From: a virus
DNA: 36,282 nt
Reading direction: 5' to 3' (one strand)
IMG/VR virus record: IMGVR_UViG_3300045988_138021
Span: 1-36,282 of that record
In this document: one piece after another, positions 8,103 through 17,574 of the stretch
Layout: the number at the start of each line of letters is the position of its first letter
Numbering within the stretch: position 1 is the stretch's first letter
The notes under the pieces: model-generated
Seen by the model: only the letters and a program-made list of their open reading frames with translations
What the model was told of the DNA's origin: nothing
Database searches by the model: none
Translations under genes and position numbers: made by a program

Positions 8103-8845
8103 CCGTTCAGTTTAAGGACGCGGCTGGCTTTCAGGAGACCGAAGAGGGCAGCGGCATTTTTGAGGGTTACGCCTCCGTGTTCGGCAACGTCGATAGCTAC
8201 GGTGACAAGGTGATGCCCGGCGCGTTTACTAAGTCGCTGGCTAAGAGCTTCCCGAATGATGGCGCGGGTATCCCGTGCTATTGGTCTCACCGCATGGATG
8301 ACCCGGAATTTATTCTAGGAAAGACCATTAGCGCGGTTGAGGATGAGCACGGTCTCAAGGTTCGCGTTAGCCTGGATCTGGATAACCCGAAGGCGGCGGC
8401 GGCGTACCGTGCGTTGAAGGCGGGCGCGGTGAATCAAATGTCATTCGCCTATGAGGTGCTTGATAGCCACTTTGTACCCGAGAAGGGCGCGAAGTTTGGC
8501 GGCGTGAATGAGCTTCGAGAACTGAATATTTTTGAAGTCTCCGTAGTGCAGATTGGCGCGAACACCGCTACAAGTATTGACATGGTAAAATCAGCAATGA
8601 AGAACGACGATTCTATTTCTATTTCTACCCCCGGCGCTATCGAGCAGCTGGAAGAAGTAGTAGACGTTCTCCGTAATATCATTGATTCCGCTAAGACTGA
8701 TAGTAGTGATGAGGAGCTGGATACGGCGGGTGACTCAGAGGAACCGGAAACGGTCAATGAGCAGACCCCCGCGCCGGTCAAGTCGCGTACGCTCTCAGAC
8801 ATCGAGCGCGAATATTTCCAGAACATTTTTAGTGTGAAGAAGTAA
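8099..8845 (+). CDS. Prohead (capsid maturation) protease, HK97 family
   Basis: FEGYASVFGNVDSYGDKVMPGAF N-terminal signature of HK97-type S78 proteases; located between portal and capsid. Confidence 0.88.
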   Translation: MTVQFKDAAGFQETEEGSGIFEGYASVFGNVDSYGDKVMPGAFTKSLAKSFPNDGAGIPCYWSHRMDDPEFILGKTISAVEDEHGLKVRVSLDLDNPKAAAAYRALKAGAVNQMSFAYEVLDSHFVPEKGAKFGGVNELRELNIFEVSVVQIGANTATSIDMVKSAMKNDDSISISTPGAIEQLEEVVDVLRNIIDSAKTDSSDEELDTAGDSEEPETVNEQTPAPVKSRTLSDIEREYFQNIFSVKK

Positions 8846-8857
8846 AGGAGCGAATAT

Positions 8858-10096
8858 ATGCCTAAGGCAATTCGTGAGCTCTTGGATGAGGCGCAGAAGA
8901 AGGGCGCGGCTATCCTTGAAGCGGTTGAAAACGGTGAAGGTGACGTAGCAGAGCTTAAGGCTGTTAGCGAGGAAGTCACCGCACTCAAGGCTAAGGTGGA
9001 CGCGGCAGATGAAGCCGCCGCCCTGTTTAAGAGCATGGGCACCGCGCGCGAATCCGTGAAGGCGGCAGAGGTTGAGACCCCCGCCGCTACTGGTTCGCTG
9101 GGTGAGCAGGTTGCCGCCGCGTTCATGAAGTCCGGTACTCTTTCGGCTCTGGGTGCGCAGGTTCAGCACACCCGGGGCGAGTTCTACAGCTCTAAGGCGC
9201 CGGGCGACCCGACTACCACCACTAACGCGGTTACCGGTAACGGTCTGACCGTTGCGCTTACCGACGTTGATAAGAACGTCGTTAAGCCGTACATGCTCCC
9301 GTTCTCTATCTCTTCGTGGCTGTCGAGCGGTACCCTGTCGGGTAACTCCCTGACTTATTTTGTCGCTAACGAGTGGACTTCTTCGAGTGGACGCCCCGGC
9401 GTGGTTGGTGAGAACGGCAAGAAGCCCGGCGCGACCGCGCCCGCGTTCGAGACTAAGACCCTCCCGCTTCGCAAGATTGCGGGCTGGGTTGCACAGTCTG
9501 ACGAAATGGCGGAAGACGCGGGTTTCCTGTCCTCGCTTATCAATGAGCAGCTTCTCGACGAGCTCAAGAAGGCCGAAGAGGAACAGATCGTATCCGGTAC
9601 CGGTACCGGTAATGATCTCACCGGTATTCTGTCTACCCCGGGTATTTTCTCCGAGACTGTAGCGACCACCGCCGCTAAGGACGTGCTGGAAAGCATGTAC
9701 AAGGTTAAGACCAAGATTGAAGCGGCTTCCGGTATGTCGGTTGATGCGGTCATCGTGAACCCTGAGGATATCGCAGGTATTCGCCTGGCTACCGACTCTA
9801 ACGGTCAGTATCTGTTTGGTGGCCCCGCGTATGCCCCGTATGGCAATGGCCCGTTTGTGGCAGACCTGAACGCGTTCGGTGTGCCTATCTACGTGTCTAA
9901 GGCTGTACCGCCTAAGACCGTGCTCATCGGTAGTTCTAAGGGCGCTACCGTGTACCGTAAGGGCGGCGTACGTGTCGAGGTTAGCAACAATGTTAATGAT
10001 GACTTCCTGTACAACCGCTTCCGTGTGCTGGCAGAAGAGCGTCTTCTGTTGGCTGTGAAGCAGCCGAAGGCGTTCGGTAAGCTCACCTTGAAGTAA
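8858..10096 (+). CDS. Major capsid protein, HK97 fold, with N-terminal coiled-coil delta domain
   Basis: AAAGGAG RBS, 412 aa. Ala/Glu/Lys-rich helical first 70-100 aa, then a capsid-like body. Follows the protease. Confidence 0.9.
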   Translation: MPKAIRELLDEAQKKGAAILEAVENGEGDVAELKAVSEEVTALKAKVDAADEAAALFKSMGTARESVKAAEVETPAATGSLGEQVAAAFMKSGTLSALGAQVQHTRGEFYSSKAPGDPTTTTNAVTGNGLTVALTDVDKNVVKPYMLPFSISSWLSSGTLSGNSLTYFVANEWTSSSGRPGVVGENGKKPGATAPAFETKTLPLRKIAGWVAQSDEMAEDAGFLSSLINEQLLDELKKAEEEQIVSGTGTGNDLTGILSTPGIFSETVATTAAKDVLESMYKVKTKIEAASGMSVDAVIVNPEDIAGIRLATDSNGQYLFGGPAYAPYGNGPFVADLNAFGVPIYVSKAVPPKTVLIGSSKGATVYRKGGVRVEVSNNVNDDFLYNRFRVLAEERLLLAVKQPKAFGKLTLK

Positions 10097-10125
10097 AACG
10101 ATTATTCCTTTTGAGAGGGGGAAAT

Positions 10126-10632
10126 ATGCGCTATCCGTCGCTTGCTAACACTAATGTTCCGGTGAATCTTGATGAAGTTGCCGGGGAAATGGTGCGCGGC
10201 TATTGTGGCTGGCATGTTTCCCCCTCGCTTGAGGAGACGTTTAGGCTGGACGGTACGGGCGGTAACCGCTTCCATCTTCCGAGTAACCATGTCGAGAACG
10301 TCCATTCTGTTTTTGTGGACGGCGTGCAGGTGAACGGCTATTCGTTTTCAACGGATGGTTGGGTACAGCTCCCGCCGGGCGTGGTTACCCCTAAGAAGCC
10401 GGGTGCGGTTGTTGTGGCCGCGCGGCATGGCTGGGATTACGTCCCGGCTGTGCAGTCTGTCATTAAGTCGGTTCGGCAGCGTTTGGAGATGGACGCGGGC
10501 AACGTCGTTTCACAGCGCGCGGGTACACAGTATGTGGCCTATGGCTCCCGTGATGGTGAGTCCACCGGTGGCTATTTGCTACAGACTGAACGCGCGGCGC
10601 TCGCGCCGTACAAGCTGGAACAGGTGATCTAG
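10126..10632 (+). CDS. Head-tail connector protein (positional)
   Basis: ATG 10126 with GAGGGGGA upstream; first gene after the capsid gene. Confidence 0.6.
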   Translation: MRYPSLANTNVPVNLDEVAGEMVRGYCGWHVSPSLEETFRLDGTGGNRFHLPSNHVENVHSVFVDGVQVNGYSFSTDGWVQLPPGVVTPKKPGAVVVAARHGWDYVPAVQSVIKSVRQRLEMDAGNVVSQRAGTQYVAYGSRDGESTGGYLLQTERAALAPYKLEQVI

Positions 10633-10634
10633 CC

Positions 10635-10976
10635 ATGCTTTCACTTGCACGGTACAGCACCCCGGCGGTTCTGATTCGCCGCCGCTCCGGTAAGGACGCG
10701 CGAGGCTTCCAGACGGTGACCGAGACACGCGAAAACATCACGGCGTTTATGGACGCTCCGAACGTGTCCGAGGAGTCACCGGCTGGCAAGGCTGGAACAC
10801 CGGACGTTCTAGAGCATGTGCTCTATTTGGAGCCGGGTACGCGGGTTAGCGCCCGTGACCGGGTGGAAATAGAAGGCTCACTTTTTGAGGTTATCGGTGT
10901 GGCACCGCCCATCAAGAACATTTTCACCGGGGCAGTGTTCCACACAGAATGTAAGGTTAGGCGGGTGGAATCGTGA
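10635..10976 (+). CDS. Head-tail adaptor / head-closure protein (positional)
   Basis: 113 aa, tightly packed after the connector; size and order typical of the HK97/SPP1 scheme. Confidence 0.6.
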   Translation: MLSLARYSTPAVLIRRRSGKDARGFQTVTETRENITAFMDAPNVSEESPAGKAGTPDVLEHVLYLEPGTRVSARDRVEIEGSLFEVIGVAPPIKNIFTGAVFHTECKVRRVES

Positions 10977-11227
10977 CGCGCGATAAGTTGGTTTTCAATG
11001 AGAAGGCACTAAAAGCCTTGCGTAAAGACCCGGCGGTTATCCGTGACCTTGAGAAGCGGGCGCGGCGTATTGCCGCCGCCGCCGGTGGTGAAGCAATGGG
11101 CTATAATGTCACAGTTTTGGAGCTGGAAGACCCGCGCGGCGCTGTCTCTGTCATGGCGACCGGACGCGCGGCAGCACATAACCGGAAACACAATTCACTG
11201 ATTAGGGCTATTGATGCTGGACGCTAA
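10973..11227 (+). CDS. Neck / head-tail joining protein (positional)
   Basis: 84 aa; GTGA overlap with the upstream gene. Confidence 0.5.
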   Translation: MTRDKLVFNEKALKALRKDPAVIRDLEKRARRIAAAAGGEAMGYNVTVLELEDPRGAVSVMATGRAAAHNRKHNSLIRAIDAGR

Positions 11228-11630
11228 AATCTGGCGTGTTGATTCGCCGGTGACCGCGTGCTACGCCTATTTCTCAGGTCTGAATCTTAGCGCTACTGTC
11301 GCGCGTGATGAGGAGCCGCCCGGCTGGGACGGCTCTACCCCGCTAGTGCTCATTCGGGACGGCGGCGGCAACCGGCAAGAGCTGAACCTCCGACATGGCC
11401 GCGTGACTATTGACGTTAGGCACCCTGAACCTGGCGCGGCGTACGATTTAGCGGAAAAAATTCATGAGCTTTTTTGTTTGTGGGTTTTCACTAATGCGCC
11501 GGTTATTTTTGATCCGCATAATGTCGATTCACCGGCTTATAATCCGAGTGATTCGCCCCGCGTACCGGCATATACTTTTACCGTGGAAATTGCGGTAAAA
11601 TCCGAAAATACTATTAGCACTAAAATTTAG
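11211..11630 (+). CDS. Tail terminator-like protein (positional)
   Basis: 139 aa, the last gene before the major tail protein. Confidence 0.5.
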   Translation: MMLDAKIWRVDSPVTACYAYFSGLNLSATVARDEEPPGWDGSTPLVLIRDGGGNRQELNLRHGRVTIDVRHPEPGAAYDLAEKIHELFCLWVFTNAPVIFDPHNVDSPAYNPSDSPRVPAYTFTVEIAVKSENTISTKI

Positions 11631-11655
11631 TGTTTGAATGTTTGGAGATTAAATT

Positions 11656-12243
11656 ATGGCTCTCGACGCTACCTATGTTGCTAAGCCGATTAGCGTTACC
11701 GGCGGTATTAAGGTTGCCCCTCTGGGTACCGTAACCCCTACTGATCCGACTTCCGTTCTGAACGCAGCTTTTAAGGAGCTGGGTTATGTCACTGAGGACG
11801 GTCTTAAGCTTTCGCATGATGCAAGCGACGATAAGATTAAGGTTTGGGGCGGCGTTACTATCCGCACTATCCGGTCTGACTATTCGGCAACCATTACCGG
11901 CACCCTTGTTTCTACCCTTGACGTAGACGTTCTGAAGAATGTTTTTGGCGATAGCCTGGTTACTCAGAAGTCTGGTTTTATTGCGATTAAGCACGCCGCC
12001 GATATTGCGCCGGAAAAGGTCTATATTATCGAGACTAAGGATGCTTCTAACGGCGGTCGTAAGCGCTACGTAATTCCTAAGGGACAGATTGCCGTTTCCG
12101 GTGACGTGAATCTGTCGCATAAGGAGATTACCGGCTTTGAAGTCACCATCGAGGCGCTGGCAGACAAGGACGGCGTGTGTTATTACGAGTTCATCGAGTC
12201 TAGCCCGGCGTCCCCGGTTGCCGCTGGTGTTGTAGGCGGCTAA
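11656..12243 (+). CDS. Major tail protein
   Basis: 195 aa, GGAGA RBS. Lies immediately upstream of the chaperone frameshift pair and the tape measure, and is followed by a hairpin. Confidence 0.8.
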   Translation: MALDATYVAKPISVTGGIKVAPLGTVTPTDPTSVLNAAFKELGYVTEDGLKLSHDASDDKIKVWGGVTIRTIRSDYSATITGTLVSTLDVDVLKNVFGDSLVTQKSGFIAIKHAADIAPEKVYIIETKDASNGGRKRYVIPKGQIAVSGDVNLSHKEITGFEVTIEALADKDGVCYYEFIESSPASPVAAGVVGG

Positions 12244-12257
12244 TCGTCTTTAGTTTT

Positions 12258-12316
12258 CCCCGCCCGCCCTTTTTTTGTTCTGATTTTCGGGGCGGGCGTG
12301 GGGATACCCTTTTTTT
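12258..12316 (+). terminator. GC hairpin plus T-run after the major tail gene (partial terminator)
   Basis: A 9-bp GC stem (12261-12269 pairs with 12290-12298) with a T-rich loop, then a T7 run at 12310-12316. Confidence 0.5.
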
Positions 12317-12353
12317 GAAAATCAGACATAACCGAGATTGGAGAAAATCGAAC

Positions 12354-12674
12354 ATGGCAACTAAGACCCCCGCCGCTTCTCGCGCAGCACGCAACGCGGC
12401 AAAGGCCAAGAAGCGCGTGCGTAAGTATGAGAAGCAGTACACCTATAACACTTTTGAATCTTCTATTTTCGAGGGTGAGTTTAAGCTCCCGTCTATGCGA
12501 CAGATCCCGCAGACTTACGCGCTCGATTTGCGCACCGGCGATTTTAACGCGCTTTACCGCTGGCTTGAAGAAGTGGGCGTACCGACTGAGGATATTGACG
12601 CTATTAAGTCGCTGGATTCTGAGGAGATTGAAACTTTCTTCGAGGAATGGAATAGCGGCGAACTGGGAAAGTAA
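12354..12674 (+). CDS. Tail assembly chaperone (G-like)
   Basis: 106 aa from ATG 12354. It ends with GGGAAAG immediately before its TAA, between the major tail gene and the tape measure. Confidence 0.85.
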   Translation: MATKTPAASRAARNAAKAKKRVRKYEKQYTYNTFESSIFEGEFKLPSMRQIPQTYALDLRTGDFNALYRWLEEVGVPTEDIDAIKSLDSEEIETFFEEWNSGELGK

Positions 12675-13060
12675 TAGCCTGTCTCAATTCATTTAAAGAG
12701 CATGAAGACGAGGTACGCGCCCGGCTTCTTGAACTGGGTTTGAATTGGGACGGGAAAAGAACCGGTAAAAACAATTGGGCTAATATTCACGCGGCCATTA
12801 AAACCGCGCCGCCCGGCTCACCTCTGCATATTGCGCAGGATCCCGATAACTGGGTGTGGGGTTTGCCGTATTATGGCGAGCTTGTGAATATTTTTGACCT
12901 TTTGAGCATGGGCAACGCACAACGCACATTTGACCAAAAACAGGTCGATAAATGGACGCGCCGCCCTCGCCCCGGCGACATTAAGGATAATGAGGAAGTC
13001 ATTACGGGCGACGTAATGACTATCGAAGAATACAATAAGCTTTTTAATTCTGGGAATTAA
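12354..13060 (+). CDS. Tail assembly chaperone, -1 frameshift fusion product (GT-like)
   Basis: The -1 frame is open from 12662 through ORF-track 12740-13060. A shift at G GGA AAG (12665-12671) joins the two frames. Confidence 0.8.
12665..12671 (+). promoter_or_regulatory. Programmed -1 ribosomal frameshift slippery heptamer GGGAAAG
   Basis: Zero-frame reading is G GGA AAG TAA, the same heptamer as the lambda G/GT site. Confidence 0.8.
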
Positions 13061-13083
13061 ATAGCGTATTTCATCTATGGAGG

Positions 13084-16000
13084 GTGGAAGTCTTGGCAGC
13101 AATCGAGCTAGCGACTAGTTATCTTACGCTTGCGGTGGAGACTTCCACCCTCTCAAAGCAGGTTTCTAAGGCTCTTAGCGGTGTAGGCTCTATCGGTGCC
13201 CGCGCCGGTCGTGAGATTGGCGACGGCATGGCTAAGGGCTTTAGCCAGACTAAAAATATTGACGTTGAGGGTCTACGCGCGAAGGTTGAGAGTGCAGACC
13301 GTGCCCTAGCGCAGAGTGCGGATGTTATGGCGCGAAAGCGCGCGGCCGCCGCGTCCACTATCAAGCAGGCGCAGGAAAGCGTTAGCGCGGCCATGTCTAA
13401 GACCGAGGCGGCTAATGCCCGCCTGGGTGCAGCTGAAAGCCGCCTTAGCGCGCTCCGTGCTAACGGCGGTAGCGCGGATGCTATCGCGCGTGCTGAGGCG
13501 GCGGTTCATAGCGCGCGTGCTAGTGTTTCGACGGCGACTAGCGGGATGTACGGCGCAGAACAGCGCCTTGTGAGTGCCCGTGAAAAGTACACGAGCATTT
13601 CGCGCACCGCCGTATCTCAGACCACCGCGCACGCGCAGGCTTTGAAGGCGGCTAAGGCTGACCTACGCGAGGCAGAGGCGGCGACCGGCGCGCTGGGTGG
13701 CGCGACCGAGCGCGCTACCGGGCGATTTGCCGGTTTCCGTAACGCTTTCTCCAAGTCGTTTAGCGGGCTTCGTGGCACCGTAGACAAGGAGATGCAGGCG
13801 GCGTTTAGCGGCGTGACCGCACAGGCAGAGCACGCCGGGCGTGAGAGCAGCGGCAAATTTAAGAGCGCGTTCACGGGTACTATTGCCGCCGCCGGTGGCT
13901 TGTTCGCTGGCGTTGGCATTTTCAACGCCGGTAAGGACGCGCTGTTTAAGGCTGGCGACCTGGAACAGTCCGTAGGCGCGGTTGATGCCGTGTTTAAGGG
14001 CTCCGCTGACAAGATGCACGCTTACGCCGCCGCCGCGTCGGATACCGTCGGCATCTCTACCAACGCCTATAACGAGCTGGCTAGTGTGCTTGGTGCAAGC
14101 TTGAAGAACGGCGGTACGTCGATTGACGAGCTAGGCGACAAGACTAACAGCCTTATCGGTCTGGGTGCTGATCTAGCGTCCTTGTACGGCGGCACTACGA
14201 AAGACGCGATTGATGCTATTTCGTCCGCTCTTCGTGGTGAAATGGATCCCATCGAGCGCTACGGCATTTCATTGAATGATGCCGCCTTGACCGCTAAGGG
14301 TCTTGAAATGGGTATCCAGAAGACCGGCGGCGCGTTTACGACTCAGCAGAAGCAGCTCATCACTCAAGCGCTGTTGTTCGAGCAGTCTAAGGATGCTCAG
14401 GGCAACTTTGCTAAGGAATCCGATACGTTCGCCCATAAAATGCAGGTGGCTAACGCGCGCCTGGAAGACATGAGCACAAAAATCGGTGGTGCTATTCTTC
14501 CTGTCGTCGTTAAAATTATGGACGTGTTCGGTAAGGCTCTTAGCCCGGTTTTGACTGAGGTTAGCGGCGGCTTTACCGCATTTGGCGCGGCCTGGGAAAA
14601 GTTCGACGGCGATATTACAAGCGCGGGTTTTCCTGGATTTATGGAGGGCGCGGCATTTGTCGCGCGTAATGTCTGGGAAACGATTAAAAACGCTTTCCAG
14701 AATGGCATTATTCCGCTATTCCGTGACCACGTTATGCCCGTGCTGGATACCGTCGGTACGGCATTTATGGACTTTTTCAAGGGAATTTACGGTTTTCAGG
14801 ATTACGGCGAACCGGCTAGCGTTTTTAATCAGATTGGCGGCGCTATCCGTGATATCGGTAAATGGCTTGTCGAAAATGTGGGCTTGTGGGCACCTTTTGC
14901 CGCCGGTATTACGGCAGCGTTTACCGCGTGGAGCACTTATCAGAAAACTATTACCCTGGTTAAGGTTGCACAGGAGGCGCTAAACAAGGCATCGGCGGCG
15001 TTTAGCAAGACTAACGTTATTCTGGTCGTAATTGGCTTGATTATCGGCGGCCTTGTCCTCGCGTATAACAAAATCGGATGGTTTAAGGATTTTGTAGACG
15101 GCGCAATTAAGGCAGTCGGTGACATTTTTGTTTGGCTTTATGAAAATGCGGTAAAGCCCGCGTTTGAATGGATCGTCGAGGCAATTAAGGGCGTAATTGA
15201 TTGGTGGAATACCTCATTTGTGCCCGCTTTCAATGAAGGCGTAAAAATTGTCGGTGCCGTTTTTGAATGGCTGTACGAGAATGTGGTTAAGCCTGTCTTT
15301 GAGGGCGTAAAGGGCGCTATTGAAGGCGTTGTTGAATGGTGGAACACTTCGTTTGTTCCGGCGTTTGACGCGGGCGTTAAGGCTGTCGGTGCTGTTTTTG
15401 AGTGGCTTTACAATAATGTTGTTCAGCCGGTTTGGACGGCTATTAAAACCGTTATCGCGGTCGTTATTGCTGTTATCCTTACCATTTTCGACGGTTTGAA
15501 GGCTGTCGTTGAGAATGTTCTAGCACCTATTTTCAAGTGGCTGTACGAGAATATTATTATTCCGGTCTGGAATGGAATTAAGGATATTATTTCTGGTTTC
15601 CTGGACTGGTTTAATAACACGCTTGTGCCCGCCGTGAAAACCGTTATTGATATTCTGGGTAATATCTTTAATTGGCTCCGTGATAACGTCGTCATGCCCG
15701 TGTGGAATGGCATTAAGGGCATTATTGACGGCGTTGTTCAGTGGTTCAATAACACCGTAGCGCCGCTATTCCAGACCGCATCTAATATTATTGGCGACAT
15801 TTTTAATTGGCTGTGGAATAACGTTGTTAGCCCGGTTTGGGAAAACATTCGCCGTGGTATTGATATTGTCGTGCAGTGGTACAGCGGCGTTGTGCAGCCG
15901 CTTATTAAGTCGGTTACGGACGCTATCGGCTCTGTATTCCGCTGGCTGTACGATAATGTTGTTAAGCCTGTCTGGGATTCTATTCAGAATGTCATCAGGG

Positions 16001-17574
16001 CGTTTACCGACTATTTCAACGGCGTTATTTTCCCGGCTATCAATGCGACTATTGACGCTATTTCGTCCGCTTTCCGCTGGCTGTTGGATAATGTGGTACG
16101 CCCGGTTTGGGACGGTATTCAGAGCGTTATTCGTGGCGTGTGGGAAAACGGAATTAAGCCCGTATTTGACGCGCTTACTAATTTCGTTACCCGTACTATT
16201 CCCGACGCTTTCCGTAACGCGGTGGACGCTATCGGTAGGTTCTGGAATGGCATTGTTGATGTTGTGAAGAAGCCGGTTAAGTGGGTTTTGCAGACCGTTG
16301 TTAATGATGGTTTTATCCGCAACTTTAATAACCTTGCAGGCACTTTCAACATCGGTAAAATTCCTGAGATTAACCTCTCAGGTTGGGCAACCGGTGGTTA
16401 CACCGGACGCGGCGGCAAGTACGAACCGGCGGGTATCGTCCACCGTGACGAGTTCGTCATTAGGAAAGAGGCGCGGCAGCGTTTCGAGAGGGAAAATCCC
16501 GGCGTTCTGGATCATCTGAACCGTACCGGTGAGCTACCGGCGGCCGCGCTGGTTGGTGCTAGTGCGCCGCGTGTCGGTGAATCCTACGCCGCGCCGTTCG
16601 GTGTGCGTGATAGCCACGTGCCCGGCTTCGATATCGGCGGCATGATATCCGACGCTATTAACACTGGTGTAAATGTTGTCAATGCTGGTGTAAATGCTGT
16701 TCGTGAGCTTGCAGGTACGGCGGCGGGTAAGGTTCTGGACGTGGCTATCACCCCGGCTAAGAACCTCATTGCTGGCATCTCTGGCCTGTTCCCTGGTTAC
16801 GCGGGCGACGTGATGCGCGGCGGCGGTGACGCGATTCTCGACGGCGCTAAGAACTGGGTTGTTGAGAAGCTTAAGGGCAAGGACGAGCACGGCAGGGACG
16901 CGGCAAGCGCTCACGCCGTGGCGCCGTCCGGTGGTGGCGTGATGCGTTGGCGTGATACCGTCGTTCAGGCGCTGGGCATCGCCGGTCTACCCGCTACCGA
17001 CGCATATATTAACGCTTGGTTGAGCCAGATTCAGAGTGAATCTAACGGTGACCCGAACGTTACACAGAGCGGGTATGTCGATATCAACACGATTACCGGC
17101 GATTTGGCTATGGGTCTTGTGCAGGTTATCGGTGCGACGTTCGCCGCGTTCCGTGACCCGTCGTTGCCTAACAACCGTCTAGACCCGCTGGCTAACCTGG
17201 TTGCCGGTATGCGCTACGCTACCGCGCGTTACGGTTTCGGTGGGCAGCTTGGTGTTATCGGTCACGGTCACGGCTACAGCGGCGGCGGTCTAGTGAACGG
17301 TTCTACCGCGTTTAAAAACGCGATTGTTCCTTCTCTTTATGACCGAGGCGGTAAAATCAATAAGGGCGTACAGGTGATTGACCATCGCCGCGCTACCCCT
17401 GATTACGTGCTCACTGATTCGCAGTGGCGAACTATGTACAGCATCGCGAATAACACCGCACAGAGCACCACCAATAGCGGTATTACCATTGGTAATGTCT
17501 ATGGCTTGGATGCTGTAGATGTGGCAGAGGAGATTATGAAGCGCAAGCGTCGAGAGGAGCTACTGAGTGCTTGA
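13084..17574 (+). CDS. Tape measure protein with C-terminal lytic transglycosylase domain
   Basis: 1496 aa, the largest gene, located after the chaperone pair. Ala-rich helical N-terminus and an internal 45-aa repeat array. SLT-like LSQIQSESNGDP...MGLVQV near the C-terminus. The start is GTG 13084 or TTG 13093 (GGAGGG upstream). Confidence 0.92.
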   Translation: MEVLAAIELATSYLTLAVETSTLSKQVSKALSGVGSIGARAGREIGDGMAKGFSQTKNIDVEGLRAKVESADRALAQSADVMARKRAAAASTIKQAQESVSAAMSKTEAANARLGAAESRLSALRANGGSADAIARAEAAVHSARASVSTATSGMYGAEQRLVSAREKYTSISRTAVSQTTAHAQALKAAKADLREAEAATGALGGATERATGRFAGFRNAFSKSFSGLRGTVDKEMQAAFSGVTAQAEHAGRESSGKFKSAFTGTIAAAGGLFAGVGIFNAGKDALFKAGDLEQSVGAVDAVFKGSADKMHAYAAAASDTVGISTNAYNELASVLGASLKNGGTSIDELGDKTNSLIGLGADLASLYGGTTKDAIDAISSALRGEMDPIERYGISLNDAALTAKGLEMGIQKTGGAFTTQQKQLITQALLFEQSKDAQGNFAKESDTFAHKMQVANARLEDMSTKIGGAILPVVVKIMDVFGKALSPVLTEVSGGFTAFGAAWEKFDGDITSAGFPGFMEGAAFVARNVWETIKNAFQNGIIPLFRDHVMPVLDTVGTAFMDFFKGIYGFQDYGEPASVFNQIGGAIRDIGKWLVENVGLWAPFAAGITAAFTAWSTYQKTITLVKVAQEALNKASAAFSKTNVILVVIGLIIGGLVLAYNKIGWFKDFVDGAIKAVGDIFVWLYENAVKPAFEWIVEAIKGVIDWWNTSFVPAFNEGVKIVGAVFEWLYENVVKPVFEGVKGAIEGVVEWWNTSFVPAFDAGVKAVGAVFEWLYNNVVQPVWTAIKTVIAVVIAVILTIFDGLKAVVENVLAPIFKWLYENIIIPVWNGIKDIISGFLDWFNNTLVPAVKTVIDILGNIFNWLRDNVVMPVWNGIKGIIDGVVQWFNNTVAPLFQTASNIIGDIFNWLWNNVVSPVWENIRRGIDIVVQWYSGVVQPLIKSVTDAIGSVFRWLYDNVVKPVWDSIQNVIRAFTDYFNGVIFPAINATIDAISSAFRWLLDNVVRPVWDGIQSVIRGVWENGIKPVFDALTNFVTRTIPDAFRNAVDAIGRFWNGIVDVVKKPVKWVLQTVVNDGFIRNFNNLAGTFNIGKIPEINLSGWATGGYTGRGGKYEPAGIVHRDEFVIRKEARQRFERENPGVLDHLNRTGELPAAALVGASAPRVGESYAAPFGVRDSHVPGFDIGGMISDAINTGVNVVNAGVNAVRELAGTAAGKVLDVAITPAKNLIAGISGLFPGYAGDVMRGGGDAILDGAKNWVVEKLKGKDEHGRDAASAHAVAPSGGGVMRWRDTVVQALGIAGLPATDAYINAWLSQIQSESNGDPNVTQSGYVDINTITGDLAMGLVQVIGATFAAFRDPSLPNNRLDPLANLVAGMRYATARYGFGGQLGVIGHGHGYSGGGLVNGSTAFKNAIVPSLYDRGGKINKGVQVIDHRRATPDYVLTDSQWRTMYSIANNTAQSTTNSGITIGNVYGLDAVDVAEEIMKRKRREELLSA
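15100..16200 (+). repeat. Eight in-phase 135-nt (45-aa) tandem repeats inside the tape measure gene
   Basis: The Trp codon of the (F/V)xWLxxN motif lies at 15133, 15268, 15403, 15538, 15673, 15808, 15943 and 16078, exactly 135 nt apart. Confidence 0.9.

Noticed and set aside
8449-9126. Long antisense ORFs over structural genes (also 5220-5807, 7871-8290, 13617-14012, 20535-21083 and 28497-29186, all minus strand)
   Set aside because: They fully overlap confidently assigned plus-strand genes and have no RBS. Their Ser/Ala/Arg-rich composition is typical of shadow frames in high-GC coding DNA.
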